A stretch of 64,000 nucleotides of DNA from Octopus vulgaris (lineage: Eukaryota), in assembly GCA_951406725.2 (NCBI GenBank), contig OX597842.1, forward strand, positions 6,324,001 through 6,388,000, given 5' to 3'. The notes below the pieces were generated by a model that had not been told where the DNA came from, ran no database searches, and was given only the letters and a program-made list of their open reading frames with translations. This document shows, in pieces, positions 62,460 through 64,000 of this stretch (within the stretch, counting starts at the first letter, position 1; every line of letters begins with the position of its first letter). The translations under genes and the position numbers were made by a program.

Positions 62460-63616
62460 GTAAGCTTAGTACTTATTTTATTTGGTCTCTTTTGCCAAAC
62501 CACTAAGTTATAGGGACACAAACACACCAAAATCGGTTGTCAAGCGACAGATATACACATATATATATGACAGTCTTCTTTCAGTTTCCATCTCCCAAAT
62601 CCACTCACAAGGTTTTCTTGTCCAAGGTGCCATGCAATGGGACTGAACCCGGAACTATGTGGTTGGGAAGTAAGCTTGTGCCAATGTGTTTGAGTTTGTC
62701 TCCTTGTTTTGACATTGCACACCTTAAACAAAGGTCACCTTTCATAAAAACTATGTCATATGTATTTGAAGAATTGGGGGAAATGTTACCGTTCTTTGAA
62801 ACAGACAAGAAGAAATTGCCCCGAGTTTCTTCTGACCCATGCAAGCATGGAAAAATAAATATTAAAAGGACTATTACGGTGATGATCCAGGTTCACTTCA
62901 TTCTGTTCCTGGTCTCTTTAATTGCCACCACCACCCTCACACACACACACACAGGCCAATATTATCTCTTTTACTTTTTTCAGTCATTATAATGTGGCCA
63001 TGCTGGGGCACTGCCTTGAAATTTTAATCGAATGAATCGCCTCAATACATTTTTCTTTTAAGCCTAGTATTTATTCTATCGGTCTCTTATGCCAACGCAC
63101 TAAATTACAGGGATGTAAACAAACCAGCACTGGTTGTCAAGTGGTGGTGGAACACACACACACATACATACACTGATGTGTATATATATATATATATATA
63201 TGTGTGCGTAGGAGTGGCTGTGTGGTAAGTAGCTTGTTTACCAACCACATAGTTCTGGGTTCAGTCCCACTACATGGCACCTTGGGCAAGTGTCTTCTAC
63301 TATAGCCTCGGGCCGACCAAAGCCTTGTGAGTGGATTTGGTAGACGGAAACTGAAAGAAGCCCGTCGTATATATGTATGTATATATATATATATGTATGT
63401 GTGTGTGTTTGTGTGTCTGTGTTTGTCCCCTTAGCATTGCTTGACAACCGATGCTGGTGTGTTTATGTCCCCATTACTTAGCGGTTCGGCAAAAGAGACC
63501 AATAGAATAAGTACTGGGCTTACAAAAGAATAAGTCCCGGGGTCGAGTTGCTCGATTAAAGGCGGTGCTCCAGCATGGCCGCAGTCAAATGACTGAAACA
63601 AGAGAGAGAGAAAAGA

Positions 63617-63659
<43 letters not shown>

Positions 63660-64000
63660 GAGAGAGAGACACACACACACATACACAATGGGATTCTTTT
63701 AGTTTCCATCTACCAAATCCACTCACAAGGCTTTGGGTAGAACTGAGCCCAGAACCATGTGTTTGGGAAGCAAGCTTCTTACTACACACCCACACCTGCA
63801 CCTATAAACATTTAAACATTTTTCCCCTTGAGACCATTTTCAGTCCCCCAAAGTGAGTGAAGTACACTGATAAAAAAAAACATATAATGAAATTGTATGT
63901 GGCACATAAAAAGCACTTGTTCAAGCTTTGGACCTCACAGAGGTATTGACAGGTGACCGAGACCTTTGACGATATACCATGCTCTTGTAGACCTGTTCAG

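Overview
AT-rich, repeat-dense animal DNA. The SINE families and microsatellite load suggest an octopus or other cephalopod genome (inference). The window is dominated by one + strand gene for poly(A)-specific ribonuclease (PARN). I assembled 20 phase-consistent GT-AG coding exons from the ATG at 5337 to 56312 (1747 nt, about 582 codons). They carry the DEDDh nuclease motifs (IDGEF, GHNMLLD, HEAGYDA), the R3H region and the cap-binding RRM (KEWK, SWINDTSA). The terminal exon is not resolved. The introns and flanks hold tRNA-derived SINEs, fragments of RTE, CR1, CRE-like and Penelope elements, a decayed 4.4-kb piggyBac, piggyBac and Merlin-type MITEs, Helitrons and minisatellites. Almost all ORF-track entries are repeat artefacts. 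Most notable: a PAM2-like PABP-binding motif formed across the exon 19/20 junction; an ORF1-only retroelement with a 15-bp TSD; a 5S-rRNA-headed SINE; a 200-bp hairpin with a hammerhead-like core at its apex; and local duplications of PARN splice sites at three exons. No CRISPR or prokaryotic system is present.
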